Below are positions 9,225-16,870 of a stretch of 27,145 nucleotides of DNA, in pieces. Numbering within the stretch: position 1 is the stretch's first letter; each line of letters begins with the position of its first letter. The translations under genes and the position numbers were made by a program. The notes under the pieces are model-generated. The model was not told the origin of the DNA. It ran no database searches and worked only from the letters and a program-made list of their open reading frames with translations. This DNA is from a virus (lineage: Duplodnaviria; Caudoviricetes), in IMG/VR virus record IMGVR_UViG_3300006118_000039, positions 1 through 27,145 of that record. One strand, given 5' to 3'.

Positions 9225-11923
9225 TCCCGATCATCGCCGCGATCGGCAGCGCGATCACCGCCGTTGCGACGGTGATCGAGACGGGCGTCGCCTTCATCGC
9301 GACCGGCGTCGGTTTCACGGCCGGCGCGGCGGCGGCGATCGGCACGGCCGTGGCGGACGGGGTGCTGCTGTTCGGCGCCATGGAACTGGTGAGCCTGCTG
9401 GCGCCGCAGCACTCGAACCTCGGCTCTCAGGCGATCGCCTTCAAGGCGGACCCGCTGGCCGGCGTGCCCCTGGTGATCGGCCGCACCGGCACCGGCGGCA
9501 ACATCGTCTTCGCCGACACCAGCAACGATGGCCACAACAAGTGGCTGCACTATTTCACGGTGCTGAGCCACGGGCCCATCGACGGGTTCGAGAATTTCTT
9601 CGCCAACAACATTCCGGTGACGTTCAACGCCAACGGCTCGCTGGCGAACATCGGCCTGGTGGCGCGCGGAGCCTATAACCCCAGCACGCGCTACTATGTG
9701 AACGACGGCGTGACCTATCTGAGCTCGACCTATATCTGCGTCCGCTCGACCTTGGGCCATGACCCCAGCCAGACCAACTATTGGGCGCCGGCCGGTTCGA
9801 GCCTGACGCCCAGCTGGTCGGGCAAGATGTGGCAGACGCGCACGGTAGGGCTGCAGCCCGATTCGGCGCTGCTGGACATCGCCGGCGCGGGCTCCGTTCC
9901 GGAATGGACCTCGGCGAACAAGCTGTCGGGCCTTTGCCACATACGCTGGGCGCTGCAATCGGACGCCTCGGCCTTTCCCACCGGCACGCCCTCGCCGCTG
10001 TGGGTGCTGCGCGGGCCGCCCGTCTATGATCCGCGGCTGGATTCGACCTATCCCGGCGGATCGGGCTCGCAACGATCGAACGACGCCACGACGTGGGCGT
10101 GGAGCGAGAACCCTTATCTGCACGCCCTGACCTGGTTGATCGGCCATCGCAACAACGGCGTGCGCGTGCTGGGCCTGGGCGCGCCGATCGCGGCGATCGA
10201 CGTGGCCGCGTTCGTGACCGGGGCCAACGTGGCCGACGCCAACGGCTGGACGTGCGGCGGCGTGGTCTATTCCACCGATTCGAAGTGGGATGTGTTCACC
10301 CAGATGCTGGCCTCCGGCGGCGGGTTCCCCACGCGCAAGGGGGCGCTGGTCAGCTGCATCACCGACACGCCGCGCGTCTCGATCGCCACGCTGGGCGGCG
10401 GGGATTTCGTGGGCGCGGTGAGCGTGCAGGGGATGGCCGCGCGCCGCGACCGGATCAACAAGTGCGTCTACACCTATCGATCGGAACAGCATCAGTGGTC
10501 GCCGATCCAGGCCGACCCGATCACGGTGAGCGCCTATCTGGCCGCGGACGGCGTGATCCGCTCCAAGGGCGTCCAGATGCCCCTGGTGCAGGACGTTAAC
10601 CAGGGCGCGCAGCTGGCCCGCTACTATATCGAGGACAGCCGCGAATTCGGGCCGGTGACCGGGCCCGTGAAACCGGTGTGGATGGGGCTGAACCCCGGCG
10701 ACTGCATCACCATCAACGAACCGGAATATGGCCTGAACGGCCAGCTGATGCTGATCGTCGACCGCAAGATCGATCCCAGCAACGGCACGGCCACCCTGAC
10801 CATGCGCAGCGAGACGACGGGCAAGCACGCCTTCGCCCTGGGCCAGACCGGCAACCCGCCGCCGGCGCCGGGCCTGACGGCCGTGAACCTGATCGCCGCC
10901 GCGCCCAACTCGCCGCCCTGGCAGGCGATCGGCACGACGCTGACCAACAGCGGCGTGGCCATGCCCGCCATCGTGGTGACCGGCACGGTGGAGAACCCGG
11001 CGGCCACCAACGTGATCGTGCGCACGCGCCTGAGCAGCGGCCCGGGCCCCTGGACCCATTACGACAGCCCGCCGGCCCCGGTGGCCGGGCGCATCGAGAT
11101 CACCGGTCTGGCCTCGGGCGAAACGCGCGATATCGGCCTTTCCTACCTGGTGCGCGGCGTGCAGGGCGCGGAACTGGTGATCGCCTCGATCACCGCCGGG
11201 GCGTTCGCAGGATCCGGCGCGGGCAGCGTGGTGACACCGACGCCCTCGGTCAGCTGGTCGGCCATGAGCGTCACCGGCACGGCGCCGCTGAGCGCCACGT
11301 CCGCGGCCCAGACCATCGGGGGAATCACCGCGCCGATCAGCCTGACGCTGAACTTCACCGGCGCGGGCACGCTGGCCTATGTGAAGAACGGAGTGTCGAC
11401 GACCTTCACCACCGGGACCACGATCAGCGTCTCGGCCGGCGACACGCTGGGCTTCACGGCCTCGGCCAACAGCTCGGCGTCGGGCACGCTGACCATCATC
11501 AACAACAGCAACGCCGGCGCGACACTGGCGACGATCGCCTACACGCTGACGGCCAGCGGCTCGAGCTCAAACCCCAGCCCGACGCCGGTGTGGAGCAACA
11601 TCAGCGACATCACCTATGCCTCGACGCCCGATGTGGTGAATTGCGGCCCCGTGCGAATTCTCGGCATCGCCTCGGCGATCACCCTGAAGTTCACGTTCAC
11701 GGGCTCCGGGGCGTTCTCCTACCAGATCAACAGCGGCGCATGGACCCCGATCACCAGCGGCGGAACATTCTCCGTCAACCCCGGCGACTATGTCGACTGG
11801 CAGGGCACGCAAACGGCGGTGGGGACGGCGTCGGGCGTGGCCACGGTGACCAACAACACCACGGCCACGGTGCTCAGCACCTTCACCTATGCCCTGCGGG
11901 TGAAGACCGGGCCGTGGCCGTGA
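9212..11923 (+). CDS. Central tail tip / host specificity protein (lambda J-like)
   Basis: 903 aa; PLVIGR, LSHGPIDG, VYDPRLDST, WSENP, LNPGDCITI; C-terminal beta-sandwich repeats. Confidence 0.88.
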   Translation: MAFIIPIIAAIGSAITAVATVIETGVAFIATGVGFTAGAAAAIGTAVADGVLLFGAMELVSLLAPQHSNLGSQAIAFKADPLAGVPLVIGRTGTGGNIVFADTSNDGHNKWLHYFTVLSHGPIDGFENFFANNIPVTFNANGSLANIGLVARGAYNPSTRYYVNDGVTYLSSTYICVRSTLGHDPSQTNYWAPAGSSLTPSWSGKMWQTRTVGLQPDSALLDIAGAGSVPEWTSANKLSGLCHIRWALQSDASAFPTGTPSPLWVLRGPPVYDPRLDSTYPGGSGSQRSNDATTWAWSENPYLHALTWLIGHRNNGVRVLGLGAPIAAIDVAAFVTGANVADANGWTCGGVVYSTDSKWDVFTQMLASGGGFPTRKGALVSCITDTPRVSIATLGGGDFVGAVSVQGMAARRDRINKCVYTYRSEQHQWSPIQADPITVSAYLAADGVIRSKGVQMPLVQDVNQGAQLARYYIEDSREFGPVTGPVKPVWMGLNPGDCITINEPEYGLNGQLMLIVDRKIDPSNGTATLTMRSETTGKHAFALGQTGNPPPAPGLTAVNLIAAAPNSPPWQAIGTTLTNSGVAMPAIVVTGTVENPAATNVIVRTRLSSGPGPWTHYDSPPAPVAGRIEITGLASGETRDIGLSYLVRGVQGAELVIASITAGAFAGSGAGSVVTPTPSVSWSAMSVTGTAPLSATSAAQTIGGITAPISLTLNFTGAGTLAYVKNGVSTTFTTGTTISVSAGDTLGFTASANSSASGTLTIINNSNAGATLATIAYTLTASGSSSNPSPTPVWSNISDITYASTPDVVNCGPVRILGIASAITLKFTFTGSGAFSYQINSGAWTPITSGGTFSVNPGDYVDWQGTQTAVGTASGVATVTNNTTATVLSTFTYALRVKTGPWP

Positions 11924-12282
11924 CGGACATCCTGAACGACGGGGGAACCATGGGGGAATATACGCCGCTGGGGCCCAAGCCGACGAACGCGCAGCTGGCG
12001 CGCGGGATAGAGCAGCTGCACGGCTGTCTCGATTCGCACCGCGACGAGACGCGGAAATCGTTCAAGTCCGTCAATGAGCGCCTGAGCAAGGTGTCGGCGG
12101 CCGTGGGCGCGGACGACGTGAAGGGCGGCCGGCGCACGGTGGCCGGCCTGCGGCCCTGGTCGCTGATCTGGCGAATCGCCGGGGCAACGACGACGGGCTT
12201 TCTGATCTGGCAGATGGTGCTGAAACTCGCGCCCTGGGCCTGGGAAAGCTTCGTGCGGCTGAACCAAGTGGTGGCGAAATAG
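11920..12282 (+). CDS. Coiled-coil plus C-terminal membrane segment protein (possible holin/antiholin)
   Basis: GTG 11920 (overlap) or ATG 11950; hydrophobic segment WSLIWRIAGATTTGFLIWQMVL. Confidence 0.6.
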   Translation: MTDILNDGGTMGEYTPLGPKPTNAQLARGIEQLHGCLDSHRDETRKSFKSVNERLSKVSAAVGADDVKGGRRTVAGLRPWSLIWRIAGATTTGFLIWQMVLKLAPWAWESFVRLNQVVAK

Positions 12283-12284
12283 CC

Positions 12285-12503
12285 ATGGCGGACAAGGTCA
12301 ACCACCCGGCCCACTACACCGCGCACCCTAGCGGCGTGGAGTGCATCACGATCACCGAGCACATGGGTTTCAACCTCGGCAACGCGGTGAAGTACATCTG
12401 GCGCGCCGACCTCAAGGGCGCGGCGATCGAGGATCTCGAAAAGGCGGCCTGGTACGTCCAGCGCGAAATCGCGCGCCGCCGGCGGACCGACAACAACACC
12501 TGA
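12285..12503 (+). CDS. DUF3310 domain protein
   Basis: VNHPAHY..GVECI, FNLGNAVKYIWR, EDLEKAAWY. Confidence 0.9.
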   Translation: MADKVNHPAHYTAHPSGVECITITEHMGFNLGNAVKYIWRADLKGAAIEDLEKAAWYVQREIARRRRTDNNT

Positions 12504-12506
12504 CGC

Positions 12507-12521
12507 GCGAACGGCGTTCGC
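12507..12521. promoter_or_regulatory. Palindrome GCGAACGGCGTTCGC, copy 2 of 5 (upstream of endolysin)
   Basis: Exact reverse complement of copy 1; intergenic. Confidence 0.8.
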
Positions 12522-12551
12522 CAAATTCCCCATCTGACGGAGGGCCGCGGC

Positions 12552-13004
12552 ATGACGACGCCCGCGCTGATCGAGAACCTGCGCCGCGACGAGGGCGAGC
12601 CGGGCACGGACAGGCCCGCGCTGCGCGCTTATCGCGACACCGTGGGCGTGTGGACGATCGCGTTCGGCCACACCGCCGGCGTGAAAGAGGGCGACACCTG
12701 CACCGACGACCAGGCCGAGGCGTGGCTGGCGGCCGACGCCGCCGAGGCCCTGCGCGGGCTCGATCGCGATATCGCCTGGTGGCGCACGCTCGATCCGATT
12801 CGCCAGGACGTGCTGGCCGAAATGGCGTTCAACCTCGGCCTGCCGCGCCTGCTCGGTTTCACCGCCATGCTGGCGGCGGCGCGGCGTGGCGACTGGCTGC
12901 AAGCCAGCGCCCAAATGCTCTCGAGTCGCTGGGCGACGCAGGTCGGCGCCCGCGCCATGCGCTTAGCCGACACCATGAAGAACGGCGCGCCCGCGCGGCC
13001 CTGA
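12552..13004 (+). CDS. Endolysin, T4-type (GH24) lysozyme
   Basis: DEG...YRDTVGVWTIAFGH, MAFNLG, SRWATQVGARA. Confidence 0.9.
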   Translation: MTTPALIENLRRDEGEPGTDRPALRAYRDTVGVWTIAFGHTAGVKEGDTCTDDQAEAWLAADAAEALRGLDRDIAWWRTLDPIRQDVLAEMAFNLGLPRLLGFTAMLAAARRGDWLQASAQMLSSRWATQVGARAMRLADTMKNGAPARP

Positions 13005-13017
13005 TCCGGAGACCTCC

Positions 13018-13221
13018 ATGCCTTTCCCCGACGCCCGCGGCTGGACCGCGATCGGCATCTTCCTGACCTTCCTGCTGCTGATCGCGGCGCGCATCGCCGT
13101 GCCGGATCTCGGGAAGGATGAAACCTTCAAGAACATTCTCGTCTCGTTCGCGACCGGCGGCCCGCTGCTGGTGGCGAGTTTCTTCTTCGGGTCCGCTCAC
13201 AAGGATGACCCCAAGCCATGA
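13018..13221 (+). CDS. Putative holin (2 TM)
   Basis: 67 aa with two hydrophobic segments, FFFGS and a charged C-terminus; follows the endolysin; SD GGAG. Confidence 0.65.
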   Translation: MPFPDARGWTAIGIFLTFLLLIAARIAVPDLGKDETFKNILVSFATGGPLLVASFFFGSAHKDDPKP

Positions 13222-13502
13222 CTCCGCAACTCGCCGGCTGGTTCGGCGTGGGCGCGGTCATCACCGCATTCGCGGTCGTCAACCTGCCCTTCCTCATCGT
13301 TCTCCTGAAAGGAACCTTCATGCCCACCGACGCCTTCAAAAACGCCCTCGCCGCCCTGACGGCGGCGTTCCAAACCAAGATCGACGCCCAGGCCCAGGAG
13401 ATCGCGGCGCTGAACGCCCAGATCACCGCCCTGCAGGACGCCGCCACGACGGCCGACGCCGCCTACACCGCCGACGTCACCGCCGCCACGCCCGCCGCCT
13501 AG
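13218..13502 (+). CDS. Membrane-anchored coiled-coil protein (i-spanin candidate)
   Basis: N-terminal TM then an Ala/Gln heptad helix; second in-frame ATG at 13320 with AAGGA. Confidence 0.55.
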   Translation: MTPQLAGWFGVGAVITAFAVVNLPFLIVLLKGTFMPTDAFKNALAALTAAFQTKIDAQAQEIAALNAQITALQDAATTADAAYTADVTAATPAA

Positions 13503-13561
13503 GGGCTGTTCACCGCGAGCCGTCGGGAAGGCCCCGGCGGCTTCAAACCGAAAGGCTTTCC

Positions 13562-14098
13562 ATGTGGAAATTCCTGGACGTGATCAGCCTTTTGGCCGCG
13601 ATCGCGCTTTTCGCCACGATTCTGATCGTGCTGGCCCTGGTTTCGTTTGAGCGACGATTCGCGTTCGGGTGGCGAGCGCGCTTTCAACGCTTTCGCCGGG
13701 CTGCCTGGCTCGCTCTGGCGGCCCTTGGCTTTTCGTTAGCCGCCTGCGCGACAGCCAGCGTGCACGCCACGATCGGCCGCACGCTCAGCGCGGCGCAGGA
13801 GGCCCTGGCCGGCGCCGAGGCCGCGGCGCACACCTCCTATCAGCTCGGCCTGGTGGGCAAGGATGAGATCCGGCGCATCGACGCCCTGGCCGACAAGGTC
13901 GACGCGGTGTCGATGACGGCCAGGTGCGCCTACGCCGCCGGCGACGGCGCCACGGTGGCCGGAGCGCTGTCGCAGATGGCGATCATCGCCGCGGCGATCA
14001 CCGCCGAAACCAGCGGCAAACCCGTGCCCAACGTGCCGGCGTTCGCCACGCTCACCTGTGCGACCCCGGCGCCCGTCGCCGCCGTCGCCGCATCCTAG
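13562..14098 (+). CDS. Putative lipoprotein of the lysis cassette (spanin candidate)
   Basis: ATG 13562 with AAGG; TM, basic stretch, second hydrophobic stretch ending in lipobox LAAC. Confidence 0.6.
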   Translation: MWKFLDVISLLAAIALFATILIVLALVSFERRFAFGWRARFQRFRRAAWLALAALGFSLAACATASVHATIGRTLSAAQEALAGAEAAAHTSYQLGLVGKDEIRRIDALADKVDAVSMTARCAYAAGDGATVAGALSQMAIIAAAITAETSGKPVPNVPAFATLTCATPAPVAAVAAS

Positions 14099-14109
14099 GG
14101 AGACCCGAC

Positions 14110-14298
14110 GTGACCCCCGAACAGATCCTCGCGGCCATCGCGCTCGCCGAGTCGCTCTTCACCACCGCGACCAACGCCTGGGCCGGGATTCGCGGCTCGA
14201 TCGACGCCAAAACCCAGGCCGAGATCGACGCGGCGATCGCCGCCTCGGGCGCGAAGCTCGACGCCTCCACCAAGCAGCTCGACGCCGACGCCGCCTGA
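14110..14298 (+). CDS. Small Ala-rich helical hypothetical protein
   Basis: GTG 14110 with SD GGGAG; MTPEQILAAIALAESL... Confidence 0.65.
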   Translation: MTPEQILAAIALAESLFTTATNAWAGIRGSIDAKTQAEIDAAIAASGAKLDASTKQLDADAA

Positions 14299-14349
14299 CG
14301 GGCGCGCACCGTACCCCAGGCTGCTCGGTTTCCCGGCCTGGATAACCTC

Positions 14350-14382
14350 AGCCCCTCGGCCCTCCGGCCGGGGGGCTTTTTT
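14350..14382 (+). terminator. Rho-independent terminator of the late/lysis operon
   Basis: GCCCCTCGGCC-CTCC-GGCCGGGGGGC followed by TTTTTT. Confidence 0.9.
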
Positions 14383-14412
14383 CGTTCTGCGGCCGGAACG
14401 CCGGGCGAACAC

Positions 14413-14432
14413 GGTTCGGGACTATTTCGGGG
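14413..14432 (+). repeat. Putative integrase arm-type site, left
   Basis: GGTTCGGGACTATTTCGGGG, 19/20 identical to 14652-14671; inverted half-site CCCGAACC at 14440-14447. Confidence 0.7.
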
Positions 14433-14545
14433 AATCTCTCCCGAACCAGCCCCGATCTACGCCATTTGTTCCCGTTTCGCGCGCCGCCGCGCCACGCCCC
14501 ACGCCGATTTTTGGCGATTAAATATATGATTTTTAATCGGAAAAT

Positions 14546-14593
14546 TGGCGTCCCGTAGAGGACTCGAACCTCTGACCCCCGGTTTAGGAAACC
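14546..14593 (-). mobile_element. attP core: 3' half of tRNA-Arg(CCT)
   Basis: Minus strand GGT-TTCCTAA-ACCGG-GGGTC-AGAGG-TTCGAGT-CCTCT-ACGGGAC-G-CCA gives anticodon loop, T arm, acceptor strand and CCA with no 5' half; adjacent to the integrase 3' end. Confidence 0.9.
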
Positions 14594-14608
14594 CGCGCGA
14601 CGCGGGGC

Positions 14609-15736
14609 CTAGGCCTTGTTCCGTATCGTCTTTTCGCCTTCGGGGTTCGGGGGTTCGGGACTATTCCGGGGGACGTCGTCAACCAGCGCCCTCAAATCGG
14701 CCTCGAGGACGTGGGCGTAGCGCAACGTGCTCTTGATGTCGGCGTGGCCCAGCAGCTCCTGCGCCAGGCGCAGGCTCCCGCGGCGCGTGGCCGTGCTGCC
14801 GGCGTGGTGGCGGGTGCCGTGGATGAGTCGGCCGGGGGCGATCCCGGCGCGCGCCGCCGCCCCGGCCAGGCGCGCCTTGAGGCCGTGATAGGTGAGCGGC
14901 GCTAGCTTGGCCTTCGCGCGGCCCTTCGCCGGCGTTTCCGCGAACCAGATGTGATCGAGGCCGGCGGCCTGGGCGCGGCCGACGCGGGCCGCGATCTCCC
15001 GGGCATCGTCCTGGCGCAGCGGCAGGATCAGCGGCACGTCCCGTTTGCGCTTGCGGACCGCCAAGCGTCGGCCCTCGGCGTCGAAGGCGTCGAGCTCGAA
15101 GAACAGTTCGCCATAGCGCAGGCCATAGGTGAGCAGCATCCGCAGGGCCAGCGCCGGCGCGGGCCCGCACTCGGCCAGCCACGCGGCCTGTTCGGCGGCC
15201 GAATAGACGCGCACCGGCGGCGCGGGCTCGGCGAGCTTGAGATCACGCCACGCGATCGCCGGCAGGCCCTTGGCGCCCCAGTGCGTGGCCGCGCGGCGCA
15301 GGATCGGCCGCAGGGTCTCGATGACGTCGCGGTTGACCGTGGCGTTCGACGGCAGGCGCTTCTGGGACTCCTTGCCGCCGCGGCGATAGGTGATGGCGCG
15401 GCGCTTCTGGATCGCCGTCGAAATGGCCGGGGTGTCGATATCGGCCAGGATGGTCGCGGGGCCCATGATCGCCAGCAGGGCCGCCACGCGGCGCTCGACA
15501 TCGTCGCAATCCGCCCGCCGCGATCCGACCTCGGCCCACCACTTCCCGGCGGCCTGGTCGAGCGTGAGGGTGCTGGCCTCGCCTAGCCGGCCTTCCGCCG
15601 CCTCGAGGCGGAGGCGGCGCTCGGCGGCCTCGGCGGCGCGTCGTGTTTCCTGCCCGGTCGAGCCGTGAAAGCGACGACCCCTGAGGACGAAGTCGAATTG
15701 CCAGAAGCGGCTTTTGGCCGGCTTGTAGACGGACAC
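14609..15736 (-). CDS. int: Tyrosine integrase
   Basis: GTG 15736 with SD GAGGAGG; GLRYGEL, HGTRH, LLGHADIKSTLRY catalytic motifs. Confidence 0.95.
   Translation of the reverse strand: MSVYKPAKSRFWQFDFVLRGRRFHGSTGQETRRAAEAAERRLRLEAAEGRLGEASTLTLDQAAGKWWAEVGSRRADCDDVERRVAALLAIMGPATILADIDTPAISTAIQKRRAITYRRGGKESQKRLPSNATVNRDVIETLRPILRRAATHWGAKGLPAIAWRDLKLAEPAPPVRVYSAAEQAAWLAECGPAPALALRMLLTYGLRYGELFFELDAFDAEGRRLAVRKRKRDVPLILPLRQDDAREIAARVGRAQAAGLDHIWFAETPAKGRAKAKLAPLTYHGLKARLAGAAARAGIAPGRLIHGTRHHAGSTATRRGSLRLAQELLGHADIKSTLRYAHVLEADLRALVDDVPRNSPEPPNPEGEKTIRNKA
14652..14671 (+). repeat. Putative integrase arm-type site, right (within int 3' end)
   Basis: GGTTCGGGACTATTCCGGGG, preceded by further TTCGGGG units. 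Confidence 0.7.
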
Positions 15737-15966
15737 GGCGTGGCCTCCTCGGTGGCGCGCGGGGCCAGGAACGCGCGGATATCCGCCTCCCGGTAGCGGA
15801 TCGTGCTGGCCCCGACGATCACCGAGCCGATCTGGCCGCACGTCGTCATGGCCCGCAAGGTCTTTTCGTCGACGCCCAGCAGCTGCGCGGCGGATTTCGC
15901 GGTAAGCAGGAGCGTGGCTGCGAAGGCCCGGGCAATGCGCGCGTCGGTGGCCGGGCAGGTGGTCAC
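15583..15966 (-). CDS. xis: Excisionase-like HTH protein
   Basis: LLTAKSAAQLLGVDEKTLR...IRYREADIRAFL; upstream of and overlapping int. Confidence 0.8.
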   Translation of the reverse strand: MTTCPATDARIARAFAATLLLTAKSAAQLLGVDEKTLRAMTTCGQIGSVIVGASTIRYREADIRAFLAPRATEEATPCPSTSRPKAASGNSTSSSGVVAFTARPGRKHDAPPRPPSAASASRRRKAG

Positions 15967-16148
15967 AGCGCGGCCTCTCGCCGGCTGATCTCGTCCTCGA
16001 CCCGCAGCGCCTCGTCGAGCAACCTCGCAAAGCGGATGTTCGACCGCGACACCCGGTCGATCTCTTCCTTCAACCGACGTTCGCACGCCGCGTTCAGGAT
16101 CCGCAGCCGCTCCAGCGACATGGTGGCAAGGTTGGCCGGGAGGGTCAC
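15963..16148 (-). CDS. Small coiled-coil hypothetical protein (fused to ASCH in the ORF track)
   Basis: GTG at 16148 overlaps the TGA of the frame-corrected ASCH gene; an alternative ATG precedes SLERLR. Confidence 0.55.
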   Translation of the reverse strand: MTLPANLATMSLERLRILNAACERRLKEEIDRVSRSNIRFARLLDEALRVEDEISRREAAL

Positions 16149-16544
16149 GGCGTTGGGGCTTTGAACGTGTCGCCCCATACGATTCGGACGCCCTCCCAGG
16201 CGCTGCCGAGTCTCGGGGTGATGTCTGCGCCAAAACCCCGCCATGTCGTTCCAACCCGTGAAACCATCCGCGCGACAAAACGCGGTCAGCTTGTGCAGCT
16301 CGGTGACCAAGAGGCCGGTGAGCGGATATTCGATCCAGCCGCCGTCGAACACCAGACGGATCGGCTCGACGGCTTGACAGGTGGCTGTTCCGATCAGCCG
16401 GCAATGTTTCGTGCGCATCCCCGTGTAGAGCTGCAGCGCTTCGCCCAGCTGGGCGTGCCGCTTTCGGTCATTGCGCAGGGTCTGCGTTTTCGTGCCGGCG
16501 GCGATCAACTCGGCGAACTGCGGCTTGAAGCTGTAGGCGACCAT
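16145..16544 (-). pseudogene. ASCH/PUA-like protein with apparent 1-nt insertion near 16211
   Basis: YSF..F..I..GTKTQTLR..G..LQLYTGMRTK, ADGF..W..M..FW; the expected ending WEGVRIVW lies in the +1 frame. Confidence 0.65.
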
Positions 16545-16870
16545 CAGAAATCGTCCCCGAGCTCGTCTTCCGAATAATGGGCAATTCGGAACCCAACCGG
16601 AGCCGCCGGGCGCGGGTCGCCGATCTGGCGAGCCGCGGCGCGGGCGACTTCCTCCGTGCAGGGACGAAGCCTGTAGATCGACGCTCCGGAGAAGAATTCC
16701 GAGACGAAAATGGTTTCGCCCTCGACGTCACCGTCGATCGGGATGTCGACCTGCAGCAGTGCGGCGCCGAATCGTTGCGCCTCGCTGATCCGGCCCGCGC
16801 GGCGCAAGTGACCCATGATCTCGACGATGGCCCACTCTTCGGGCGCGGGGGATTCGGCGGCGTCGCTCAT
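16544..16870 (-). CDS. Conserved hypothetical phage protein
   Basis: WAIVEIMGH..AG..E..G..LQVDIP...SIY..PCTEE; overlapping start/stop coupling with its neighbours. Confidence 0.75.
   Translation of the reverse strand: MSDAAESPAPEEWAIVEIMGHLRRAGRISEAQRFGAALLQVDIPIDGDVEGETIFVSEFFSGASIYRLRPCTEEVARAAARQIGDPRPAAPVGFRIAHYSEDELGDDF

Noticed and set aside
9212-11923. Diversity-generating retroelement or invertible tail-fibre switch
   Set aside because: No reverse transcriptase, invertase or near-identical template/variable repeat pair is seen in the window.
1486-12914. Long antisense or alternate-frame ORFs (e.g. 1486-2841, 6506-7933, 9188-11059, 5' part of 10678-12282)
   Set aside because: Expected shadow ORFs in high-GC coding DNA; they overlap well-supported genes and show no recognisable motifs.
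14396-14410. GAAC-N7-GAAC alphaproteobacterial LexA-box match
   Set aside because: Lies after a terminator among GTTC-rich arm repeats with no adjacent promoter or gene; likely coincidental.
14405-14419. GCGAACACGGTTCGG as a sixth palindrome copy
   Set aside because: Three mismatches, and it overlaps the arm repeat.
14518-14536. CtrA box
   Set aside because: The TTAA half-sites are 11 nt apart, not 7.
14546-14593. Functional tRNA gene
   Set aside because: Only the 3' half is present; there is no D arm or 5' acceptor strand, so it is interpreted as the att core.
15737-16030. N-terminal extension of the integrase in the ORF track (473 aa)
   Set aside because: Overlaps xis and looks like shadow-frame sequence; a strong SD supports GTG 15736.
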